A stretch of DNA of 64,000 bases, taken from an uncultured Acidobacteriota bacterium (GTDB lineage: Bacteria > Acidobacteriota > Thermoanaerobaculia > Multivoradales > SZUA-115). The notes under the pieces were generated by a model. It was not told the DNA's origin. It did no database searches and saw only the letters and a program-made list of their open reading frames with translations. The position numbers and the translations under genes are program-made. The DNA lies in assembly GCA_963805975.1 (NCBI GenBank), contig CAWDVR010000001.1, forward strand, positions 576,001 through 640,000, read 5' to 3'. Within the stretch, counting starts at the first letter, position 1, and each line of letters begins with the position of its first letter. Positions 1 through 8,330 of this stretch are shown piece by piece.

Positions 1-1
1 C

Positions 2-1810
2 GACGGCTACCGCGTGCTGGCGCGCTGGGACGGGGAGCGGCCGCAGCTCTTCACCCGCCACGCGCTCGACTGGACCGACCGCTTCCCTGCGGTCGCCGCC
101 GCGCTCACCAAGCTCCCGGCCGAGTCCGCGCTCCTGGACGGCGAGATCGTGGCCCTGACCGCCGACGGCAAGCCCTCCTTCCAGGCCTTGCAGCGCGCGC
201 TCCGCGAGGGCAAGGGCGAGCTCACCTACTTCGTCTTCGACCTCCTGCACTTGGACGGGCGGGACCTGGCGGTCCAGCCGCTCCGCGAGCGCAAGGCGCG
301 GCTCGCCAGCCTGCTCGCCAAGGCCCGCGGCACGACGCTTCGTTACAGCGACCACGTGGAGGGCCGCGGCCTCGACTTCCATCGCTCGGCCTGCAAGCTG
401 GGGCTCGAAGGGATGGTCAGCAAGCGGGCCGACGCTCCCTACCGGCCGGGCCGCAGCCGCGACTGGCTGAAGATCAAGTGCGGGCGGCGGCAGGAGGCGG
501 TGATCGGCGGCTTCAGCGAGCCGTCCGGCACCCGCTCGGGCCTCGGCGCCCTGCTGCTGGGGGTGATGGAGGGCGGCAAGCTGCGCTACGCGGGCAAGGT
601 CGGCACCGGCTTCGACGCCGCCACGCTCCGCGACCTGCGGGCCCGGCTCGGAAAGCTCGAACGCGCCAAGCCGCCGTTCGACCCGGCGCCGCCCCGAGCC
701 GAGGTGCGCGGCGCGCATTGGGTGCAACCGCGGCTCGTGGCCGAGGTGAGCTTCGCCGAATGGACGGAGGACGGACGGATGCGCCAGGCCTCGTTCCAGG
801 GTCTGCGGGAGGACAAGAAACCGGCCGAGGTGCGGCGCGAGGAGCCGGCGGAGGCCGCGCCGCCGCCGCCCGCCAAGCCGCGTCCTGCGGCGAGCGGCAA
901 GAAGGCCAAGGCCGGCCGCGGCCGGGGCGACGGGCCGGCGGGTGTGGCGCTCACCCACCCGGACCGCGTGCTCTATCCGGAGCAGGGCCTCACCAAGCTC
1001 GATCTGGCGCGCTACTACGAGAAGGTGGCGGACTGGGTGCTGCCGCACGTCGCCGGCCGGCCGCTCTCCGTGGTGCGCTGTCCGGACGGGAGCACCGGCC
1101 AGTGCTTCTACCAGAAGCACCCGCACCAGGGAGCCACGAGCCCGCTGCTCTCGGTTCCCATCCGTGAGGACGACGGCGACGAAGCGCCCTATCTCTATAT
1201 CGAGGACCTCGCCGGCCTCGTCACCCTGGTGCAGATCGGTGCCCTGGAGATTCATCCCTGGGGCTCGCGCGTCGCCGCGGTGGAGACGCCGGACCGCTTG
1301 GTGCTGGATCTCGACCCGGATCCGAAGCTGCCGTGGGCCACGCTGGTGGCGGCGGCACGCCTGGTGCGCGACCGCTTGGCCGAGCACGGTCTCGAAAGCT
1401 GGGTCAAGACCACTGGCGGCAAGGGGCTTCACGTTTGCGCGCCGCTCTCTGGAAAGACCTCCTGGGACGACCTTCGCGCCTTCGCGCGCGAGATCGCGGA
1501 GGGACTGGCCCGCGAGGCCCCCGAGCGCTTCCTGAGCAAGGCCTCCAAGGCGGCGCGCGCGGGCAAGATCTTCGTCGACTGGTTGCGCAACGGCCGCGGC
1601 GCCACCGCCGTCGCTCCTTATTCGACGCGGGCTCGCGCCGGTGCCACGGTCGCCACCCCGCTCACCTGGGAGGAGCTGGGGCGCGCGCGGCCCGGCCGCT
1701 TCACGGTCGAGACCGTGCCCGCCCGGCTGGCGCGCCTGGCGCGCGACCCCTGGGAGGGGTTTTCGAAGGCGCGGCAGAAGCTGCCGAAGATTGGATCCGG
1801 CCGAGGGTGA
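2..1810 (+). CDS. ligD: NHEJ DNA ligase D (ligase-OB plus C-terminal primase-polymerase domain), 5'-truncated by the window edge
   Basis: The frame opens with DGYR (tail of KxDGxR). It contains LDGEIV, EGMVSK, WLKIK and GKVGTGF, then the PolDom motifs LTHPDRVLYP, DLDPD, KTTGGKGLHV and IFVDWLRNGRGATAVAPYS. Confidence 0.95.
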   Translation, partial: DGYRVLARWDGERPQLFTRHALDWTDRFPAVAAALTKLPAESALLDGEIVALTADGKPSFQALQRALREGKGELTYFVFDLLHLDGRDLAVQPLRERKARLASLLAKARGTTLRYSDHVEGRGLDFHRSACKLGLEGMVSKRADAPYRPGRSRDWLKIKCGRRQEAVIGGFSEPSGTRSGLGALLLGVMEGGKLRYAGKVGTGFDAATLRDLRARLGKLERAKPPFDPAPPRAEVRGAHWVQPRLVAEVSFAEWTEDGRMRQASFQGLREDKKPAEVRREEPAEAAPPPPAKPRPAASGKKAKAGRGRGDGPAGVALTHPDRVLYPEQGLTKLDLARYYEKVADWVLPHVAGRPLSVVRCPDGSTGQCFYQKHPHQGATSPLLSVPIREDDGDEAPYLYIEDLAGLVTLVQIGALEIHPWGSRVAAVETPDRLVLDLDPDPKLPWATLVAAARLVRDRLAEHGLESWVKTTGGKGLHVCAPLSGKTSWDDLRAFAREIAEGLAREAPERFLSKASKAARAGKIFVDWLRNGRGATAVAPYSTRARAGATVATPLTWEELGRARPGRFTVETVPARLARLARDPWEGFSKARQKLPKIGSGRG

Positions 1811-1823
1811 AAGGGGAGGGAGC

Positions 1824-2691
1824 GTGAAAAAGGGCGAGAAAAAACCACTACGGCCGGCGCAGGCTCAACGCCGCCAGCCGGGCATCGAGTCCAGGATGAA
1901 GCCGCAACCGCAGGCCGAGCGGCCGGAGCACCGGGGGAGCGGCAAGCTCGCGGGCAAGGTGGCGCTGATCACCGGCGGCGACAGCGGCATCGGCCGCGCC
2001 GTCGCCATCGCCTTCGCGCGCGAAGGCGCGAACGTGGCGATCCTCTATCTCGACGAGCACGACGACGCCAAGGAGACCCTGCGCCTGGTCGACGAGGAGG
2101 GGGCGCGCGGCCTCGCTGATCGCCGGCGACATCGGCAACGCGAAGTTCTGCCGCCGCGCCGTCGAGAAGGCGGTCAAGAAGCTCGGCCGGCTCGACGTCC
2201 TGGTCAACAACGCGGCCGAGCAGCACCGGCAGGAGTCGCTCGCGGACATCTCCGTCGCGCAGCTCGAGCGCACCTTCCGCACCAACGTCTTCGCCATGTT
2301 CTACCTGACCCAGGCGGCGCTCGCCCACCTGGGCAAGGGGAGCGCGATCATCAACACGACCTCGGTCACCGCCTACCGCGGCAGCCCGAAGCTGATCGAC
2401 TACGCGGCTACCAAGGGGGCGATCGTCTCCTTCACCCGCTCGCTCGCTTCCGCGCTGGTCGAGCAAGGCATCCGGGTCAACGCGGTCGCGCCGGGACCGA
2501 TCTGGACGCCGCTGATCCCGGCCTCGTTTCCCGCCAAGGAGGTGGCGACCTTCGGCTCGGACTCGCCCATGGGCCGTGCCGGCCAGCCCGCAGAAGTGGC
2601 GCCGTGCTTCGTCTTCCTGGCCTCGGAGGACGCCTCCTACATCACCGGCCAGGTACTGCACCCCAACGGCGGCGAGATCGTCAACGGTTGA
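1824..2691 (+). CDS. General-stress SDR oxidoreductase (YdaD/YhdF/YghA-like) with an apparent 1-nt frameshift near 2100
   Basis: GSGKLAGKVALITGGDSGIGRAVA lies in one frame; VNNAAEQ, YAATK and VNAVAPGPIWTPLI lie in another. The frame switch falls at or just after the G-run at 2099-2103. Confidence 0.88.
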
Positions 2692-2709
2692 GCGGGGAGG
2701 AAGAAAGTC

Positions 2710-4240
2710 ATGCCGCAGTGGATCAAGAAAGCCGTTTGGGACCTGGGCCTGCGCCGGAAGAGATACCCGGCGCTCGAAGAAAACCTGACCGTCGACGTCC
2801 TGGTGGCGGGTGCCGGCATCACCGGTCTCACCACGGCCACGCGGCTCGTCCAGGCCGGCGCGAGCGTGGCCGTGGTCGACGCCGGCCGCGTGGCCTCGGG
2901 CACCTCGGGCGGCACCTCGGCGCACGTCACCGAGGTGCCGGAGATCCCGTATCCGAAGCTCCTCTCCCAGCTCGGGGAGGAGCAAGCCCGCATCTTCACC
3001 GCCGCCTACCGTGCCGGCGTGGAGTGGATCAGAGCACAGGCCGCGGGCGGCATCGACTGTGATTTCGAGACCGTGCCGGCGTTCCGCTACAGCGAGCAGG
3101 AAGAGGACCGTGGGAACCTGGCACGGGAAGCCGAGGCAGCCCGCTCGCTGAACGTGGAGGCCGAGGAGATCGCCGAGCTGCCGCTGCCCTTCGCCATCGC
3201 GGGTGCCATCCGCTTCGCTCGCCAGGCGCAGTTCCACCCCATCCGCTACGTGGATGGCCTGGCGCGGGCCTTCGTCGCGGCCGGCGGCCGGATCTTCGAG
3301 GAGACCCGTCTGACGGACTGGGAGGAGAAAGAGGGCAAGGTCGAGGCCCGGGTCGGCTCCCCCAGGGCGCGGGCGGAGCACCTTGTGCTCGCCACCCACA
3401 CGCCGCCGAACTTCAACCTGTTGCAGACCGAGCTCATCCCGCGGCGCACGTACCTCCTCGCCCTGCGGCTGCGCGAGACGCCTCCCGAAGGCCTGTTCTG
3501 GGACTCGGAGGAGCCGTACCACTATCTCCGGGCCGTGCCCGATCCGGAGGCTGCCGGTGGCAACGGGCGGCTGCTGCTGGTGGGCGGCGAGGACCACACC
3601 ACCGGCCACGACCCGGACACCGCCGAGCGCTATCGGCGCCTGGTAAGGCTGGGCCGGGAAGCGCTTCGCCGTCGAGTCCGTGGTGGCGCGCTGGTCGGCG
3701 CAGTTCTACGAATCGGCCGACGGCCTGCCCTACATCGGCCGGAGCCCCTTCGCCGAGCAGGTGCTCGTCGCCACCGGTTTTTCCGGCGTGGGCCTCTCGG
3801 CCGGCACCATGGCGGGCCTGCTGCTCTCGGACCTGATCCAGGGGCAGAGCAATCCCTGGGCAGAGATCTTCGCCGCCACCCGTCTGCGGCCCCTGGCCGC
3901 CGCGCCGGGCTTCGTGCGCGAGAACGCCGCTTCGGCCGCGGCCTTCGTCAGCGACCGCCTGAAGCCGTCCGAGGCCGAGTCGCTGGACGACGTGCCGCGC
4001 GGCGAGGGTCGCCTCATCCGGCTCGACGGCGAGAGGCTGGCGGTGTACCGCGACCTCGAGGGCCGGCTCAGCGCTCGCTCGCCGGTCTGCACTCACCTCG
4101 GTTGCCTGGTGCGCTGGAACACGGCCGAGGCCACCTGGGACTGTCCCTGCCACGGCGGCCGGTTCAAGCCGGACGGCACCGTGCTCGAAGGCCCGCCGAC
4201 GTCGCCGCTCGAGCCGCGGGAGCTGCCACGCAACCACTAG
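2710..4240 (+). CDS. FAD-dependent oxidoreductase with C-terminal Rieske domain (YhfW-like), apparent 1-nt insertion near 3644
   Basis: GAGITG FAD motif, QFHPIRY and GGEDHTTG in the first frame; DGLPYIG and the Rieske motifs CTHLGC and WDCPCHG in the shifted frame. Confidence 0.88.
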
Positions 4241-4316
4241 GAGCCGAGCTTTCGTGAAAGGCTCGTGGAAACGCAGATGTCAAGCCAAGAGAAAGTATTT
4301 CTATTCGGCATCGATG

Positions 4317-4331
4317 GGCACGCGGGTTGCA
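4317..4331 (+). promoter_or_regulatory. Candidate sigma-54 (-24/-12) promoter upstream of the YciF-like gene
   Basis: GGCACG-CGGG-TTGCA matches TGGCACG-N4-TTGCW with the correct GG-N10-GC spacing. It lies in an AT-richer intergenic region about 60 nt before the ATG. Confidence 0.55.
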
Positions 4332-4390
4332 ATTGCTGTATAGCGTAGGCAGACGAAGTACTCCAGTGAGACAGTGAAAAAGGAGAGGTT

Positions 4391-5005
4391 ATGGAGCTTT
4401 CTACGCTACGCGATCTGTACGTACACCAGCTCAAGGACGTGTACAGCGCGGAGAAGCAGATCACCAAGGCGTTGCCAAAGATGATTCGCGGCGCTTCCAG
4501 CTCGGAGCTGGTCTCGGCGCTCGAGGAACATCTTTCCGTCACCGAGCAGCAGATCGCGCGCCTGGAGGAAATTTTTACAAACCTCGGCGAGTCGACCCGC
4601 GGCCCCAAGTGCAAAGGCATGGAAGGGCTGCTCGAGGAAGGAGCGGAGACGCTCAAGGCCGAAGGTGACGCGGACGTGCTCGACGCCGCCATCATCGCGT
4701 CCGCACAGCGCGTCGAGCACTACGAGATCGCGGCCTATGGCACCCTGCGCACCTACGCCGAGCTCCTGGGCGAGAAGGACGCTGCGGCGCTGCTCGACAC
4801 CACGGCCGACGAGGAGGGCGAGGCGGACAAGCTGTTGAGCGAGATCGCTCAAACCTGTGTCAACCAGCTCGCGGCCAACGGCAACGGCTCCGGAGCGCCG
4901 AAAGAGCCGCGTCGCAACACGACCAATCGGCCCCGTTCCTCGCGCCGCCAGGCGACTACCAACGAACGCTCTGCGACCAAAGCCACCGCCAGCGGCAAGA
5001 AGTAA
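4391..5005 (+). CDS. yciF: Ferritin-like DUF892/YciF family stress protein with a basic C-terminal tail
   Basis: LKDVYSAEKQ, CKGMEGLLEEG and AQRVEHYEIAAYGTL motifs; RBS AGGAGAGG. Confidence 0.9.
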   Translation: MELSTLRDLYVHQLKDVYSAEKQITKALPKMIRGASSSELVSALEEHLSVTEQQIARLEEIFTNLGESTRGPKCKGMEGLLEEGAETLKAEGDADVLDAAIIASAQRVEHYEIAAYGTLRTYAELLGEKDAAALLDTTADEEGEADKLLSEIAQTCVNQLAANGNGSGAPKEPRRNTTNRPRSSRRQATTNERSATKATASGKK

Positions 5006-5124
5006 GAGGAAGATCGACTCAGGACTCAGGCAGCAGAGCAGTGCCGCCTCGAGAAAAGTAAGGGATGCAACTTCTTTGGACTGAGCGGCAATGCTTGCCG
5101 CGACAACCAGAAAGGAATTACATC

Positions 5125-5532
5125 ATGGCGAACCAGAAAGAGAACAATCCGGCTCAGGGCCAGCAGGGCCAGGGCCAGCAGGGTCAGCAGGGTGGCTACC
5201 AGAAGCATCAGGGCCAGAATCCAGGCCAGGATCAGGGTGGCCAGGGTCAGCGGCAGGGCCAGCAGCAGGGTGGCGGCTCGCAGAAGCCGTTCGACCAGGG
5301 CCAGCAGGGTGGTGGCATGGGCCAGGGGCAGCAGGGCGGCTTCCAGAAGCCGTCCGACCAGGGCCAGCAGGGCGGGTTCCAAAAGCCGCTCGACCAGGGC
5401 CAGGGTCCGCGCGAGGAAGGGTCCGACCGCGGCCAGAAGCCCGCTCAGGGCAGCGTCAACCCGCGCGCCGAGGACGAGGATCGCGACAACAAGCGCTCCG
5501 AGCGCGGCTCGAGCGACACCGGCTCGCGCTAG
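5125..5532 (+). CDS. Gln/Gly-rich low-complexity hydrophilic protein
   Basis: RBS AAGGA before ATG 5125; QGQQG-rich sequence with strongly GC3-biased codons; acidic/basic tail. Confidence 0.7.
   Translation: MANQKENNPAQGQQGQGQQGQQGGYQKHQGQNPGQDQGGQGQRQGQQQGGGSQKPFDQGQQGGGMGQGQQGGFQKPSDQGQQGGFQKPLDQGQGPREEGSDRGQKPAQGSVNPRAEDEDRDNKRSERGSSDTGSR
5281..5406 (+). repeat. Three intragenic imperfect repeats encoding QKPxDQGQ(QGG)
   Basis: CAGAAGCCGTTCGACCAGGGCCAG at 5281, CAGAAGCCGTCCGACCAGGGCCAG at 5344 and CAAAAGCCGCTCGACCAGGGCCAG at 5380. Confidence 0.8.
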
Positions 5533-5634
5533 CTCCCACCGTGCGAGCCCGAGGCTCGCAGTTGACCGCTAGCAGCACCGCAGCAAGTGGCCGGCTCCGC
5601 GAGGGGCCGGCCGTCCCTTTCCCTGAACTTCTCG

Positions 5635-7524
5635 CTAGGGCATTTCACCCAACATTCGCCGCGCGAGCGTGCGATGGTTGCTCTCCCCGGCCGCCGAATC
5701 CTCGGTTGCTGCCAGGTAGCGCTCGAGCGCCTGGCGGGACTCCGCCGGCCGCCCCAGCTCCTTGTAGAGGGTGCCCAGGTGGAAGGCGGCGAGCGTGCAA
5801 GAGCCCGCCTCCACGCCCACCAGGGATTGCACGCTCTCGAGCTCGGCCAGAGCATCGGTCTTTCTGCCGTCGAGATAGAGCAGCACGCCCAGGTTCGAAG
5901 TCATCGCGCAGCGTTGGTACGGCACGGCGTCGCGCCCCCGGCGCAGCTCGGAGATCGCCTCCGCCCGGCGCCCGCGCCGCTCGAGCACCACCGCCAGTTG
6001 CTCGTACGGGTGAGGGTTGTCGGGCTGATCCGCCTGCACCAGGCGGAGGTCCCGCTCCGCCCCCTCGAGATCGCCCCGGACCCGGAGGATGCGCGCCCGG
6101 TCGAGGAGGGCCGAGGTCACGGGCCGGATCGCCAAGGCGTCGTTCAAGGTCGTGAGCGCCTCGTCCGGCCTGCCGGCCTCGAGCAGCGCGTGGCCGAGCT
6201 GGGCGCGGTTGAAGGCCGAGGTCGGGTCGCTCACCAGCCCCCGTTCCCAGAGCGCCAGCTCCGAGCCCCAGGCGCGGTTGTAGCGCGCGGTCTGGGCGGC
6301 GAGCGGCAGGAGCAGGAGACCGGTGCCGAAGAGCAGCGCTCGCTCGGCGCGCCGGCGGCGCGCCGGAGCGAGCTCCCCGGCCGCGAGCCAGGCCGCTCCC
6401 AGCGCCGTCATCCAGAAGCCCAGCAGCGGCAGGTAGAGGTAGCGGTCGTGCACGAGCTGCTCGGGGATGAAGGCGTTGACGTTGCAGGCCGGCAGCAGAG
6501 GCACGAGGAACAGCACTGGACCCAGCCAGAGCCGCGGCCGCCGGCGCACCAGCCAGACGGCGAGCACCGCCGCCCCAGCGACCGCCAGCAGCGGCAGCAC
6601 GAGGTTTTCGAAGCCGGCATTGGCCGTCGTGACGGCGCGCAGGGGGTACGACGGTCCCAGCCAGGCTGGCAGTAGCGCCTGCCGCAGATAGAAGGCGAGG
6701 AGCGACGGCGCCGTGAGCAGCAGCCCGACGGGCCCCATCCGCCACGGGGTCTGGACCTCGACCATGCCCAGCACCCAGGCACGTGCGGCAAGGAAGAGGA
6801 CGGCCAGGACGACGAAGGGGAGGCTGGTGAGGATGCCGCGCCGCCAAGCCGCGCGCCACCAAGCTTTTTGCCGGGGCTCGCCGCGGCCGGCCTCACCGCG
6901 GTCGACCCAATGCCCGGCGACCGCTGTGGCCACGAGCACCGGGAAGACGACGGCGATCTCCTTGGCACCGAGAGCCAGGAGGTAGCAGGCGAGCGCGGCC
7001 AGCCACCGCCCGCGGCTCGGGCTTTGCCTCCCGGGAAGGATCAGGAGCAGCGCCAGCAGCTGGAAGAGCGCGGTCAGCAGGTCCGGGGAGCCCGAGATCC
7101 AGGCCACGGACTCGACGTGGACCGGGTGCACGGCGAACACCGCGCCGATCGCCGCGGCGGGCGGCGTAGCGAACCCGAGGCGGCAGAGCAGGAAGAAGGC
7201 AGCGACCACCACGCCGGCGTGCAGAGCCATGTTCGCCAGGTGCCAGCCCACAGGGCTCTCGACCCCGAAGAGTGCATGGTTCGCCGCCAGCCAGGCCACG
7301 AATACCGGCCGCCAGTAGTTACTCCAGGCCTCCTCGCGCGCTCCCTTGAAGGCCCAGACATCCGAGGTCAGGGCCTCGCCCAGCCGGTCCGGGCCACGGA
7401 GAAGGTGATTCTCCAGAATTTGGACTCTGTCGTCATATACGAATTTTCCGTCCAGCGAGTTGGCGTAGGTCGCTAGAGCCACCACCACCAGAATCAACGC
7501 ACAAAGCCCTTGGTTTTTTCGCAC
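5635..7524 (-). CDS. TMTC-like GT-C membrane glycosyltransferase with C-terminal TPRs
   Basis: YANSLDGKFVYDD, NYWRP, HPVHVESVAWIS, LGAKE and DRYLYLP motifs; many TM helices followed by TPR repeats. Start placed at GTG 7524, which is uncertain. Confidence 0.82.
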   Translation of the reverse strand: MRKNQGLCALILVVVALATYANSLDGKFVYDDRVQILENHLLRGPDRLGEALTSDVWAFKGAREEAWSNYWRPVFVAWLAANHALFGVESPVGWHLANMALHAGVVVAAFFLLCRLGFATPPAAAIGAVFAVHPVHVESVAWISGSPDLLTALFQLLALLLILPGRQSPSRGRWLAALACYLLALGAKEIAVVFPVLVATAVAGHWVDRGEAGRGEPRQKAWWRAAWRRGILTSLPFVVLAVLFLAARAWVLGMVEVQTPWRMGPVGLLLTAPSLLAFYLRQALLPAWLGPSYPLRAVTTANAGFENLVLPLLAVAGAAVLAVWLVRRRPRLWLGPVLFLVPLLPACNVNAFIPEQLVHDRYLYLPLLGFWMTALGAAWLAAGELAPARRRRAERALLFGTGLLLLPLAAQTARYNRAWGSELALWERGLVSDPTSAFNRAQLGHALLEAGRPDEALTTLNDALAIRPVTSALLDRARILRVRGDLEGAERDLRLVQADQPDNPHPYEQLAVVLERRGRRAEAISELRRGRDAVPYQRCAMTSNLGVLLYLDGRKTDALAELESVQSLVGVEAGSCTLAAFHLGTLYKELGRPAESRQALERYLAATEDSAAGESNHRTLARRMLGEMP

Positions 7525-7603
7525 GGGGAGAGTAGAGTACCCGGAAATTGTTGAAGTCGATCCTCGGGACCTGGCGGTCTTCCCGAAAGCTACTGGAGGA
7601 GTC

Positions 7604-8251
7604 ATGAAAAAAGCAGGTTTCGGTCTCTCCGCTCTCGTTGCGGCCCTGGTTGTGCTCCCGGTTCTCGCGGGCACGACGTTGACGTTCACCACCGCGGATC
7701 CGGCGGCGCCGCTGCCCGACAACACCGGCCTTTTCACCGCCTGTCAGAACATCACGGTGGCCGCGATGCCGACCACCATCACCGAGGTGACGGTGCAGAT
7801 CTCTTCGGCGCACTCCTGGGCCGGCGACCTGGTCGCCCGGCTCACGTCCCCGAGCGCCTCGGTTCTGACGCTGGTCAACCGCCCCGGGCGCACCGGCACC
7901 GGCTTCGGCGACAGCAGCAACCTGGCGGCGGCGACGCCGATCACCTACAGCGACACAGCGGCCTCCGGTCTGTCGGCCGAGACCATGGGCAGCCCGGCCG
8001 CTTGCGGTGACACCTCGGTCATCGGCTCCACCCCCGCCTGCCTGGCCGACAACTTCATCCCGGCACCGGCAGTCACTGACATTCCTCCGGGCGTGGGCAC
8101 CAACCTCGCCCAGTTCGACGGCGCGGACCCGAACGGCGTGTGGCAGCTCTGCATCGCCGACGGGGGGCCTGGCGACACCGGCACCCTGAGCTCCTGGAGC
8201 ATCACCGTGACCTCGACGCCGGTGGAGCTGCAGAGCTTCACCATCGAGTAA
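7604..8251 (+). CDS. Secreted Thr/Ser-rich protein with a proprotein-convertase P-domain-like fold and C-terminal PVELQSFTIE motif
   Basis: Sec signal peptide; HSWAGDLVARLTSP, NGVWQLCIAD and GDTGTLSSWSI are typical of P-domains; strong RBS GGAGGA. Confidence 0.8.
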   Translation: MKKAGFGLSALVAALVVLPVLAGTTLTFTTADPAAPLPDNTGLFTACQNITVAAMPTTITEVTVQISSAHSWAGDLVARLTSPSASVLTLVNRPGRTGTGFGDSSNLAAATPITYSDTAASGLSAETMGSPAACGDTSVIGSTPACLADNFIPAPAVTDIPPGVGTNLAQFDGADPNGVWQLCIADGGPGDTGTLSSWSITVTSTPVELQSFTIE

Positions 8252-8275
8252 GCGACCGCTCTCGCGGTTGCGGTT

Positions 8276-8308
8276 GCAAGGCCACCCTTCGGGGTGGCCT
8301 TGCCGTTT
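8276..8308 (+). terminator. 12-bp hairpin with a cUUCGg loop and weak U-tract (terminator or mRNA stabiliser)
   Basis: GCAAGGCCACCC-TTCG-GGGTGGCCTTGC followed by CGTTT. Confidence 0.7.
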
Positions 8309-8330
8309 CAGGGAGGTCGCGCGCCGGGCC

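Noticed and set aside
7604-8251. PVEL proteins as T9SS cargo or PEP-CTERM/IPTL-CTERM substrates
   Set aside because: No T9SS C-terminal domain follows the motif, and there is no C-terminal TM helix with a basic tail.
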